Made by a program: the position numbers and the translations under genes
Notes under the pieces: model-generated
Seen by the model: only the letters and a program-made list of their open reading frames with translations
Databases searched by the model: none
Told to the model about the DNA's origin: nothing
Shown here: positions 39,801 to 48,788 of the stretch, piece after piece
Layout: each line of letters begins with the position of its first letter
Position numbering within the stretch: position 1 is the first letter of the stretch
Origin: Histomonas meleagridis 2922-C6/04-290x
Lineage: Eukaryota > Protista > Parabasalia
Direction: 5' to 3'
Assembly: GCA_020184695.1 (NCBI GenBank)
Contig: JAANOX010000212.1
Span: 1 to 64,000, forward strand
DNA: 64,000 bases

Positions 39801-40464
39801 TACAACATTTCGATCTGATTCGAATATATTACGTAATGACATTCCGCAATACGCAGCATATAATAATAAGGACTCGAAGTTAATCACTGGAAGAGGAAAC
39901 TCGACAATTAATTTATGGGATTTAAAGAAACAAAAACTAATTTATGAATTCGAAAACATTAATAATAATAACTTTAATAACTTTATTACATCAATACAAA
40001 TCTCGAATTCGAACAATTTATGTTTCATTGGTTATAACAATGGACAAATTAATGTAATCGATTTAAATAATTATTTAAGTAATAATTCGATATATAAATT
40101 AATTAATATAAATAGTAACAAAATTTTAAACATAAAAAATTATTTAAATAATAAAATTATTATTGTGTCAACAAATGGTTACATATTAAAGAATTGGAAT
40201 AACCTAAAAAAACAATTCGAAAACGAATTCAAAATTAACTTCTTGATCGAAATGTTCGATATACATAAAGAGCTTCCGATTATGGCTATAGGTAACAAAG
40301 ACTCGGCACCGAAGATATTCGACTTGAACGGGAAAATGTTGTTGGATTTGGGCACTATGCAAAGCGGCCTCGAAGGATCTCTCTTCGCGTTCAATAAGAA
40401 GCACCCAATAATTAACGTGGTAAGTCCAAAGGGCGAAATCTACTCATATAACGTTATGATTTGA
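36835..40464 (+). CDS. Raptor/KOG1-like protein (Raptor_N, HEAT/ARM repeats, WD40), divergent, with Asn-rich inserts
   Basis: RVLFHYVGYG, FIFDCDKAG, LPRDFLTSCLLTPIQIS, LFRKDRLISILLRRFILA, MHHHSLWIQWE; WD40 C-terminus. Confidence 0.88.
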   Translation: MEKSRGMIRTNNINFNSLKDEYGSDYDFEYSEGETSEDLSLNLNSRHTFFRTIEQHLNSIDPNVPNNSTISNLCDYDEEDFAIDRKNRPFIPRKEVRVLPIDHAIIMVFSYSQLTFPKSEYNHTFPPNIHWINPKNTPLNDLVSNVQYSYHLLYQKLRTQLSFQHIAAPSADKLNQLKNIRRDKSISRVLFHYVGYGYPITEDGNIYSYNPLSNSFLGYPIQSLFKTIGTPLFFIFDCDKAGSLLQPLISCANELLGTEKPKNTKGIVMKTDWEDWFAFFSTGVNEFLPEDSHLPRDFLTSCLLTPIQISIVCHILRYYSTSFKEPDFPLAYLEKACNNEEVDRLSILLDSIIDAIASDYLKPKLFSQLFRKDRLISILLRRFILAKYLLNFYNVHPMSYPQIPDMHHHSLWIQWEHTLDLWVTTNLIPPPTYIDDFYLNIIQTFSTSFQLQCPIRQSLLTLMCFAPFSGGKTCNQALNSLSQFSSATAENRVSISHVVVFHSFVAKLLTKDITPEEYHNLAYLVLTLIEMDLNIVFEIRKELNFESLIDYLFDDTQNSITRSFIAAILSSIMISMKTVKILCQRKEFLIKLKNEIPKASSQLLLWLLLLLKRTYDIIPIDIIHYYNESLHIQIASCVFHNSYECRAAAINALTSFIQNEDNQVNYYILLLTIPCIYDISYIVRYQLLLLIIKFISTHLDNINSVKIEENTNEIKSFSEFLQKCYLNKFQINFVTYLKIVDETINNENFKDMFPKIIYYLLDYFSHDPHPSIKIAAIKPQSMFRKLMEDSKTFINNMFHSSLTPPTFLSYSSNSPSFNNDAVFLDEENSSTDESYNNNNTFNNYFDNDFDTLYNISLRQLVRSKQINIKNNNNNNNKTNTNKIINNNKKVLIPQIQLRAITNINNINNNQQQNITNIIICNETSSIIISTKNKWIHSYDESLKPISKIRPSDYDVSDLQIIKLNGRNLVLICTMDGCIHLWDYKTKECNTTFRSDSNILRNDIPQYAAYNNKDSKLITGRGNSTINLWDLKKQKLIYEFENINNNNFNNFITSIQISNSNNLCFIGYNNGQINVIDLNNYLSNNSIYKLININSNKILNIKNYLNNKIIIVSTNGYILKNWNNLKKQFENEFKINFLIEMFDIHKELPIMAIGNKDSAPKIFDLNGKMLLDLGTMQSGLEGSLFAFNKKHPIINVVSPKGEIYSYNVMI

Positions 40465-40598
40465 CCCGAAAAAGTTATAGAAAATAAAAAAATGTATTTA
40501 TTAGAAATAGAAAATTCTTTGAGGGACGATCAAAAGACACTGAAATGAGACGGTTTTGTAATGTTGTCACAGATTTCGACTTAATGAATTTGAGATTT

Positions 40599-40955
40599 TC
40601 AATGTTGTTCAATATCTTCTTCTTCTTCTTCTTGATAAGATAGGTTTAAGAAATCACAAATTAATTGCATTGTTTCATGTATAGCTTTTTCATATGGTGT
40701 TCCTTTAGGAATATCTTCATTGGTCCATTGTTCGAATAGTAAAAATTCATTTGGGGTTGTATTACGAGCTTGTATTTTGTTGGCAAGATTAATTATAACT
40801 TCTTGAGGGGGAATGCCTAAATTGTCCCTAACAGCATGTTTTGTTTCAGTCCAAATTTTTTTTAGTAAGCTGTAATCTTCATTCATCCAACGTTCAAATG
40901 ATATGACGAAAAGTATTTTGCATACTTTATTTTCAGTTTGACGACTTAATATCAT
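40599..40955 (-). CDS. Small hypothetical protein with acidic C-terminus
   Basis: 118-aa ORF with protein-like composition; start uncertain. Confidence 0.5.
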   Translation of the reverse strand: MILSRQTENKVCKILFVISFERWMNEDYSLLKKIWTETKHAVRDNLGIPPQEVIINLANKIQARNTTPNEFLLFEQWTNEDIPKGTPYEKAIHETMQLICDFLNLSYQEEEEEDIEQH

Positions 40956-41564
40956 AGCTCTTTTTAAGTGTGTTCAAATGATGGAAATGTACTATCTTAA
41001 AATTAAACAATACTTTATAACGCATTTTTGCGAGGAATTCATAAATTTATTAATTACCCATGTAAACTCATTTATTTGTACATGTTGAAAACAAAATTAA
41101 TAAGATGTTATTCACAGAATATTTTTTCGAATTTCATTTCCTGTAAATAAATATTTAATTATAGAAATGAAAATGTGACAAATCTCAATTGTGATTTCGG
41201 AATCGTGAATATTTTGAAACTAAATTGCGTAATTTGCATTTAAAGTAATGTAAAGCAAAATTATATCTATATTTTTTTTTGATGGATTCTTATTTTTCAA
41301 AAATTTTATATTAGTAAAGTATTCAATGAATACATTATGTTCTAAAAAAAGTGCTGTCATAAATAGAACTTTTTGCGTGCATCGTTTATATTTGATTATT
41401 GTTTTCTATATAGTAACCGCATTATACGCGGAAATTTAATTCAATTTTCAATGAGCTTTGAATCAAATAAACCATCTAGGTCTGCGCCAAAATTTCTTTT
41501 ATAAAAACAACTATTTATGAAAATTTTCATTTATTCCAATCATTAACTAAATGAAATCTGTCGC

Positions 41565-42821
41565 TCACTCAAAGCTCTCCCATAAATTCTGTGGTTGTGT
41601 GTCCATCTGCTTTTGGTATGGGTATTGCTTTGTTGGCATACCGTAAGATGAGTTTATTTGGTTAAATGGAGGCGGAGGCATTGGGTGGTTCCTTGGGATT
41701 GGTTGATTATACATGAACATTACATTTGGATTATGTTGAGCCTGCAATTGCATTTCAAATATGTCCGGAACTAATGATACTGTTGGCGGCCCTTGTGGCA
41801 TTTGTTGCTGTTGCATATCATTCTGCTTCATATAATGATAGTAATACTCATTTTGTGTGGAACTTGCAGGCGGCGGTACGGTCGGAATGACCGGTTTCTG
41901 TTGAACTATTATCTGATCGCCATTAGAAATGTTATGTTCGCCAAAAGTAAGACTTTCGTCGACAATATCATTCTTATGTGTAAATCGAACACTCGATGGA
42001 TTTAATGAGTGATTCTCGCAATACATCCGCAAAACTGAGCCAACAACTCTGCCTTTTTGGACATTAAGAGTTGTGGTTTCGCCATCAATTCCAATTACTG
42101 TGACGGAAAGTGGCTCAGTAGAGTTCTTATCTTCGAAAAGATGAACGTATATAATATCATTGTTCTTAATATGAAACTGTAAGGCTGTCATCTCTGGTGG
42201 AAGTTGAACTCCATGATACATAAAATAATATAAACGAACATCAACATTTTGTTTCTTACAAAAACTTTCAAAGGCACAACGTAATGGTGCCGATTTGTTG
42301 ACAAAAAGATTGATTTGTGGTAATTTGGTTGACTGAAATGTGACTTTGATTTTGGTTCCATATGAATATGCGGCACGACGCTTATTCTCTTTGATTTCCT
42401 CAATTGTGGTGGGAAATTGACAGTAACTAAGTTCATATTTTGGATTTGTCGATATGAATGAATTAAGAAATGTTTCAAGTTGTTGTAAATTTAAATCTCC
42501 ATAATGTATTTTAAGAAAAGAACCATTGGACGGATCAAGTATAGCATAAAATGGTGAAGATTTAAAACGATATGTAGTTGTAAGCCAATTTCCCGATTTA
42601 TCAGCGCGGCTCAAATGAAAAAATTCAAACCTTGGATTAACCATTTCTGGAAACTTTGGATCTAAAAATTGTCTTACATAACACTTTCTATTTGTAAAAT
42701 ATAGGAGTAAAAATTTTTGTGAATCATATGCCTTTTCGCACATTTCCATTATACGAATTGAAACAGGAGTGAATTTGAGGGTTTTCTTTAGGGTTGGTAG
42801 GGCATTGTCTTCAGTTGACAT
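41565..42821 (-). CDS. UAS (thioredoxin-like) domain + two SUMO-like (Rad60-SLD-type) domains + Pro/Gln-rich tail
   Basis: N-terminal KFLLLYF..TTTYRFKSSPFYAILDPSNG (UAS-like); APLRCAFESFCKKQNVDVRLYYFMYHG and VGSVLRMYCENHSLNPSSVRFTHKN (SUMO-like). Confidence 0.6.
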   Translation of the reverse strand: MSTEDNALPTLKKTLKFTPVSIRIMEMCEKAYDSQKFLLLYFTNRKCYVRQFLDPKFPEMVNPRFEFFHLSRADKSGNWLTTTYRFKSSPFYAILDPSNGSFLKIHYGDLNLQQLETFLNSFISTNPKYELSYCQFPTTIEEIKENKRRAAYSYGTKIKVTFQSTKLPQINLFVNKSAPLRCAFESFCKKQNVDVRLYYFMYHGVQLPPEMTALQFHIKNNDIIYVHLFEDKNSTEPLSVTVIGIDGETTTLNVQKGRVVGSVLRMYCENHSLNPSSVRFTHKNDIVDESLTFGEHNISNGDQIIVQQKPVIPTVPPPASSTQNEYYYHYMKQNDMQQQQMPQGPPTVSLVPDIFEMQLQAQHNPNVMFMYNQPIPRNHPMPPPPFNQINSSYGMPTKQYPYQKQMDTQPQNLWESFE

Positions 42822-43291
42822 TTTAAGTTTGACCGTTTATATTATCCGCTGTTGTCAAACCGTTTTCCATTGAATTTTGGCGGTATTTTTTGTTTAAGCT
42901 CAATTAATAATAATTAAATTTTTCTCTGAAAAAGTCAATATAACAAACAATAAAATCTTTGTATTTTCCCTGCTAAAAATTGCATCTGGAACTTATATAA
43001 TACTTTTTTGTATGCTCTTCAATAATGAAGTATATTTGTTGATTTAAAAAATGAATAAGAAACTTTAAATCAGGAACTAATCTAAAATGAATGTAATATT
43101 CATTAAGAAGTAACAAATGGTTTTGAATTTAATGTAAGCGTTTGTGGCAATGAATAATATGTTCTTAAAATTGGTGTATCTTTTGTTTATGCTTCAAATT
43201 TTTTTTAAAAATGAACACATTTCAGTCAAATTATTTTTTCTCAAAACATAAAAATTTCTTAACATTTAAATATGCCAAAAGTTTATTTCTT

Positions 43292-44047
43292 TTAAGAAAT
43301 CAATTTTGTAACCTTAGGACGAGCTAATGTGCAAGTAAGCTTCTTAATGCCAGTCTTAGGTGCCATTCCAATCATAAGTTTAACTGCTTCTGAGAAACTT
43401 TGGCCAGCTACTGGTCCTTTATATGGGAATGCAAGGATATAAGAAACACCACCAATAGCGCCAGCAATAGTTGCTTCAGTAAGTTTTTGGAAAGCGAAAC
43501 ATGGGATCTTTGGTAATATTTTTGGATATACTCTTGCACCAAAATATTCATCAAGACCATTTTTAACAGTGTGATAACCGACATCATTAACAATTGAAGT
43601 AAATAATCCATCAAATGGTTTCTTCTCCTTCTTTCTTGAGTTTTGAAGAGGGGTTGCAACTAATCTTGTTAATGTCCACATTGGTAAACCTGTTGCAGCG
43701 CCAAATAAAAGTGGATTTTTTACAGATAACTCGGCAAAGTATGGAGACTTTCTAAGAATAGTTTTTGAGATATCTTTAGATACTTGTTGAACACCAGTAA
43801 TAATACAACCATTTAAATAAGCAGGGGATTTAAATCCTTTAAGATTAAAATTATTGTTATAATAAAGCATATATGCTTCACCTGTTGTACCAGCAATAAG
43901 ACCAGTTATAAAACTACTTACATATCTTTTTAATACAGCACTATCGCAACCACACCCTTTTTGAGGCTCTTCTTCTACTTGAGGTGCCGCGAAACCTTTG
44001 AAATGAAAGAGGTAAAAATCTTTCTTCTGCATACAAAGTGATATCAT
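43292..44047 (-). CDS. Hypothetical membrane protein, possibly a highly divergent mitochondrial-carrier-like (hydrogenosomal) protein; start uncertain
   Basis: Gly/Ala-rich helices SSFITGLIAG and ATIAGAIGGVSYILAFP; VATPLQNSRKK..KPFDGLF resembles a degenerate Px[DE]xx[KR] carrier motif. Confidence 0.35.
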   Translation of the reverse strand: MISLCMQKKDFYLFHFKGFAAPQVEEEPQKGCGCDSAVLKRYVSSFITGLIAGTTGEAYMLYYNNNFNLKGFKSPAYLNGCIITGVQQVSKDISKTILRKSPYFAELSVKNPLLFGAATGLPMWTLTRLVATPLQNSRKKEKKPFDGLFTSIVNDVGYHTVKNGLDEYFGARVYPKILPKIPCFAFQKLTEATIAGAIGGVSYILAFPYKGPVAGQSFSEAVKLMIGMAPKTGIKKLTCTLARPKVTKLIS

Positions 44048-44167
44048 GTAAAGTTCTCAATTTACGGTTTTGAGTAAAAAATTCAATTATCGACGAACAT
44101 TTTTTACATTATTTTTAACCTTTTTCCTCTATAACTTTTTCATATGTTTTTGATCGTTACCAAATTT

Positions 44168-46360
44168 CTAATCTGATAAATCAACATCAACGCCTTCCCA
44201 AATATCCTCATTCCCATTGCCTGCAACTACGTTTTGAACCTGATAATTTTCACCCGAAATATTCAAATTAGGGATTTCAACCTTTTCCTTATTATTAAAT
44301 TTCATCTTATTATTAGCACCCAAACTATTACCCAAACCATTCATTCCGATGCCTCCACCTATAGTTAAGTTATTAGGGTTATCCATATCTTCCAATGAGA
44401 ATCTCATTTCATTTAATCCCAAATTATTTTCATTTCCCGCATCTTCTTGTTCCATTTCGTCCATTCTTTCCAACAGTTCATTAAGTAGTCCTTGATAATG
44501 TTCCATTTTATCATTTAGTCTCATATCACCTGTCAATTTAATCAATTGTTCCAAGCATTGTTGGTTTGTATTATCTATTTGATAAGCTTTTTCATAAGCG
44601 CTCAATGCCTCTTTCAACATATCCATTGATTTATAGCACGAAGCTATCATCATTATATAATTTGCTTCTTTCGGTGCTAATTCGGAAGCTCTTTCGAACA
44701 AATGTAATGCAGTTTCATAATGTTCTTGTTTCCGATTATAAGTACCCAACCAAGTGATTACCTCCAAATCGGATGGGCAATATTTATAGCTTTCGAAATA
44801 GCAATGGAACGCTTGTGTATCAGTTCCATCTCTATCCCAAATCGCGCCCAATCGTTTCCAGATTGCTGGGTCTGTTGGTAACACATTAAATAATCGATGT
44901 AAGCATTCGATTGACTCGACGACCATTCCAGTCTTCTCGTAGCAGTCACTAATTTCGAATGCGACTTCTGGGGAATTCGGTATAATGTTATTCAACTTAT
45001 CGAAGACTTGTAATGCTTCGTCATAAGAGCCAATCATTTTGGAGACGATTCCGAAGTTATATAACGCTTCAATGCAATCGGCTTCAACGCCTATAGCTTC
45101 TAAGTATAGTTCGCGCGCTTCTTCTTCTTGCCCTAACTTCATTAAGCAGTTCCCTTTGTTCACTAACGCTTGCGCATTATATCGATCATGTTCTAATGCT
45201 GTTGTTGCATGTTTGTTCGCGTTTTCGTAGTCTTGTTCAAGGAAATATAAATAGGATAAATTGGTTGCGGCGAGTTTCATGAGCGATGGATCTTTCTTAC
45301 GAATGTTTCGTAACATCTCAATCGCTTTCGTAGCATTACGATGATTTAAATACGCTAATGCAAACGACACTTCAAACTCGCCTGCTGCTTCGGGATACTT
45401 CGACTTCTTTAGTTGGTTTAATACAAATTCATACGACTGCTGCCAATTGGTTTCGTCTTTACTCGCAACTAATCGCGATGCTAACATGACTAAACGAATG
45501 TGTTCACGTCGCTCAATATGTAATTGATTGCCTAAAGTGTCACTGTCTGTGAGTTGTGAAGTCGATTGTGGTTTAACTGATAACATTCGGATGAATGATT
45601 CTTTGAGCTCGTCAATTGATGATAAGATTGAATGACATAAAACTAAATTGTAGCCGGTTTTGATGGTGGGCTCTTGCTTCATGGCGGCTTCGAACTCTGA
45701 GAGAGCTTTGTTGTAGTCGCGAAGTTCAATATGCGCAAGGCCACATGAATGATGAAACCGTGCAATGAGTTTGGTGTTATCTTGATGTATATGATTAATC
45801 CCCATTTCGTAGTTCTTGACGGCATCTTGGTATTTCTTTTGCGCGTAATAAATGTTGCCGATTTCTAGATATACCATGTACATTTGTGTAAATTGTCGAT
45901 CTTTTAATAGCTTCTGATAGACATGTATGGCATCATCATACATGCTGCTGGATTTGTAACAATCAGCAAGCGTTAATAAAGCTGTATGATGATATGTTTT
46001 AGACTCTGGATCATCTAATGTATTTGTGTTGATAAACTCTTGCATGGTCTTAGATTCTTCTTTAGCTTCTTTGGCTTTAAGTAACGCATCTTGTTTATCT
46101 CCTTTGGAGATCATTTCTGCGGATTGTTGAATAAGATCCATTATGTTTTTCTTATGGTTTTTAAGAATTACTTCAGGTGATTCACTATCATCTTTAAGAA
46201 ATTGAGAAAATGAATCTGCCATATGTTCAAATGGAGATAGCACTTTACGACCACCACTCGTGGTAAGACCTCCAGAACTATAACCCGCGCCTTTACGAGA
46301 TGAAATAGGTCGTGAAGAAGTCGGAGGTCTCCCTCGAGAAGAAGTTAGCCTTGTAGTCAT
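44168..46360 (-). CDS. IFT88: Intraflagellar transport protein 88 (TPR protein)
   Basis: Two TPR blocks; AATNLSYLYFLE, DRYNAQALVNKGN, EALYNFG, PTDPAIW, QAFHCYFESYKYCPSDLEVITWLG match IFT88/Polaris. Confidence 0.92.
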   Translation of the reverse strand: MTTRLTSSRGRPPTSSRPISSRKGAGYSSGGLTTSGGRKVLSPFEHMADSFSQFLKDDSESPEVILKNHKKNIMDLIQQSAEMISKGDKQDALLKAKEAKEESKTMQEFINTNTLDDPESKTYHHTALLTLADCYKSSSMYDDAIHVYQKLLKDRQFTQMYMVYLEIGNIYYAQKKYQDAVKNYEMGINHIHQDNTKLIARFHHSCGLAHIELRDYNKALSEFEAAMKQEPTIKTGYNLVLCHSILSSIDELKESFIRMLSVKPQSTSQLTDSDTLGNQLHIERREHIRLVMLASRLVASKDETNWQQSYEFVLNQLKKSKYPEAAGEFEVSFALAYLNHRNATKAIEMLRNIRKKDPSLMKLAATNLSYLYFLEQDYENANKHATTALEHDRYNAQALVNKGNCLMKLGQEEEARELYLEAIGVEADCIEALYNFGIVSKMIGSYDEALQVFDKLNNIIPNSPEVAFEISDCYEKTGMVVESIECLHRLFNVLPTDPAIWKRLGAIWDRDGTDTQAFHCYFESYKYCPSDLEVITWLGTYNRKQEHYETALHLFERASELAPKEANYIMMIASCYKSMDMLKEALSAYEKAYQIDNTNQQCLEQLIKLTGDMRLNDKMEHYQGLLNELLERMDEMEQEDAGNENNLGLNEMRFSLEDMDNPNNLTIGGGIGMNGLGNSLGANNKMKFNNKEKVEIPNLNISGENYQVQNVVAGNGNEDIWEGVDVDLSD

Positions 46361-46987
46361 TTTGAACCTAAATAACGGATTTCATCCGACGATCAAATTG
46401 CATTCAATCAAAAATTGCATTCAATCAAATTAGTTGAATTAGGGTTCAAACGGTTGCCACAATTTTTATTAATTCCTGATTATCAAAATATCTATTTTTT
46501 TGTGAATAAATGGCATTTCTTAGATAAGTATCATGCTCTTTCCGAAAATTATATGCTAATTTTCTGAAAAGCTGAATATGAATTTATCAATTTTGAGATA
46601 TCAAAAAAACGCTCTATTACATTAATGGTAATTTTTTAATGTTGTGTTGAATAAATCTTATTTCAATAAAACATATTCATTGATTCTATTCATTTTAAAT
46701 GAGAAAATCACAATAAATTTATAATAGCTATTAACACGCTAAAAAAATATGCCAATGTTCTTCATATATAACGAGATAAAATTATTTTAAAATACAAGAA
46801 CATGAAAACTTGTTTGTCCTAGAACATTAATAAAAAATAATTTCGAAAAATAAAAAATTACATAAAATTAACGTTCCTTATTGATGACGATCATAATCAA
46901 TTCAAATAATCGAACTCTTAAAACTTAAATCAAAAAAATTATTTCTTTATCAATATTATATTTAAGTCACCGTTTTAGTCAATAAGT

Positions 46988-48604
46988 TTAGACATCCTTA
47001 AACACCTCTTGTCGATTGACTTTTCCATATATCCACAAAGCGATCTCTCCAAGTTCGTCAATGTCCAAATCTTTTACAGCGTTTTTATATTGCTGCGTTA
47101 TTACGTTTGCTAAGTCGAGTGTATTATACGAAATCTTTGAGTACACCTTAAAGAATATTGCAGCGCTCAGGTACACAATCCATTCCTTAGGTTCATTCGA
47201 GTAAATTATTTTCGTCCAAATTTTCCAAATGTCATTTGGGAAATCTCTTTTGAAAATCATAATAAAACTCGAAAACATCCAAAACACATTCGATAGTTGG
47301 GAATCCAAGTCAAGCCACTCATTTACAATCGGTATTAATTGGTCAAAAATCCTTCTTAAATATGTCGAAAATCGTTCACAACTACTGACAACAGAATGAA
47401 GGAACTCATCAAATTTGATCGAAATTAACATCTGATGAAAACACCAGAAAATTTTGGGGCAAATTTGTTCATCTTCATTTATGATAGATTTGCCATTTTC
47501 CCAATTTGATATAAATAACTCGATAAATGGAACACATATGTCATTCATTCCTTGGACATAGCCAATATAAGGATTATAAACGGAATATGAGCGTAAAAGT
47601 TCATATAAAATTTCTCTTGCAGATGCATCTGTGCTTTTAAATAAAGTGGATTCTGTACGTGCTACATCATTTGCAATAACTTTAAAATGTTTTTCTAATC
47701 TAGTATTTGATCGAAGTTGATTAGTTTCCATGATGATTTTTACTTTTTCAACTAAATATTTATATTGAGAAATAAAACTTTGTTCTGTATCTTTGTTCCA
47801 TCCAAATGTTATAGGAATTATTTGTTTTAATGCTTCTGTTTCTACACCACTGGCATATAAACGGTTTCTTAGTTCACTGGAAATTGTTTCGAGACCGTTT
47901 ATTTCATCAAGCGTCACTTTTTTGGGTTTGACTGAATTATCTTTTTGAAAAGAAAAATCTTGAAGCAACTTATTAATTTCTGAATTTACCACAAATCCTA
48001 TAGGATAAGGTGGATTTAATAGTATAGACTTGTTGTGACACATATCAGTTACCATATTAAGATGTGTTTCTTGAAGATTTTTCCAAAGTTCTTTGACATT
48101 TGTACCAAATTTAGTTTCATGACAATTTGTTATTGGACAAATTTGGAATTTAGGTTGCTCTATAAAATGTAATAACAACTTGTTACTATTGTCAGTTATG
48201 GGAATGGCAATTCCATTAATAACAATAAAACGCAGAAAAAGAAAAAAATTTTGGATGTCATTTGCACAATATTTAAACCTTATATTTTCGCTTTCGAAAG
48301 TAATTTCTGGTTTTGTATCAGATTCTTGAATTTCGAAATGAGTGATTTTATTTGTTAAAACATGTGTTTTTTCTTGTTCTGCTTTTTGAATCATGCTTAA
48401 AGGAATACGCAATAAATCATGGAAATAGATATTATTCTGATATTCCCAATATTTATATTTTGAAAAAAATGAGAAATATTTATTTCCATCAAATTCGGAA
48501 ATGAAAAATACACCTTCATTTCTGTCGTTTTTGTTCATATCAATTATATAATCGCATTGTGCCAAAAATTTATATTTTTTCTCTTTGGGTTCTTCCTTCT
48601 TCAT
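46988..48604 (-). CDS. TBC/Rab-GAP domain protein
   Basis: VIANDVART (IxxDxxR finger) and IGYVQGMNDI (YxQ finger) intact. Confidence 0.88.
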   Translation of the reverse strand: MKKEEPKEKKYKFLAQCDYIIDMNKNDRNEGVFFISEFDGNKYFSFFSKYKYWEYQNNIYFHDLLRIPLSMIQKAEQEKTHVLTNKITHFEIQESDTKPEITFESENIRFKYCANDIQNFFLFLRFIVINGIAIPITDNSNKLLLHFIEQPKFQICPITNCHETKFGTNVKELWKNLQETHLNMVTDMCHNKSILLNPPYPIGFVVNSEINKLLQDFSFQKDNSVKPKKVTLDEINGLETISSELRNRLYASGVETEALKQIIPITFGWNKDTEQSFISQYKYLVEKVKIIMETNQLRSNTRLEKHFKVIANDVARTESTLFKSTDASAREILYELLRSYSVYNPYIGYVQGMNDICVPFIELFISNWENGKSIINEDEQICPKIFWCFHQMLISIKFDEFLHSVVSSCERFSTYLRRIFDQLIPIVNEWLDLDSQLSNVFWMFSSFIMIFKRDFPNDIWKIWTKIIYSNEPKEWIVYLSAAIFFKVYSKISYNTLDLANVITQQYKNAVKDLDIDELGEIALWIYGKVNRQEVFKDV

Positions 48605-48788
48605 TTAAAATAAGAAATTGTATAGTGTCAAGAAAAATTACTTTCAACGTCTCTTTTTCATAAACCACTCAAATTTTTATCTTTTTTTTTTTTAAACGAA
48701 ACAAAGAAACAAATCGAATAATTTTAAGAAAAATATATTTTATATTTCAATTTTATTTTTATCCAACAAACAGATATATTTATATTTT

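Noticed and set aside
39340-40160. AAT/AAC microsatellite-like runs
   Set aside because: In-frame Asn-rich low-complexity inserts in the Raptor-like protein; common in AT-rich protists
46394-46430. Short duplication aaattgcattcaatca upstream of IFT88
   Set aside because: Two copies only; no evidence of function
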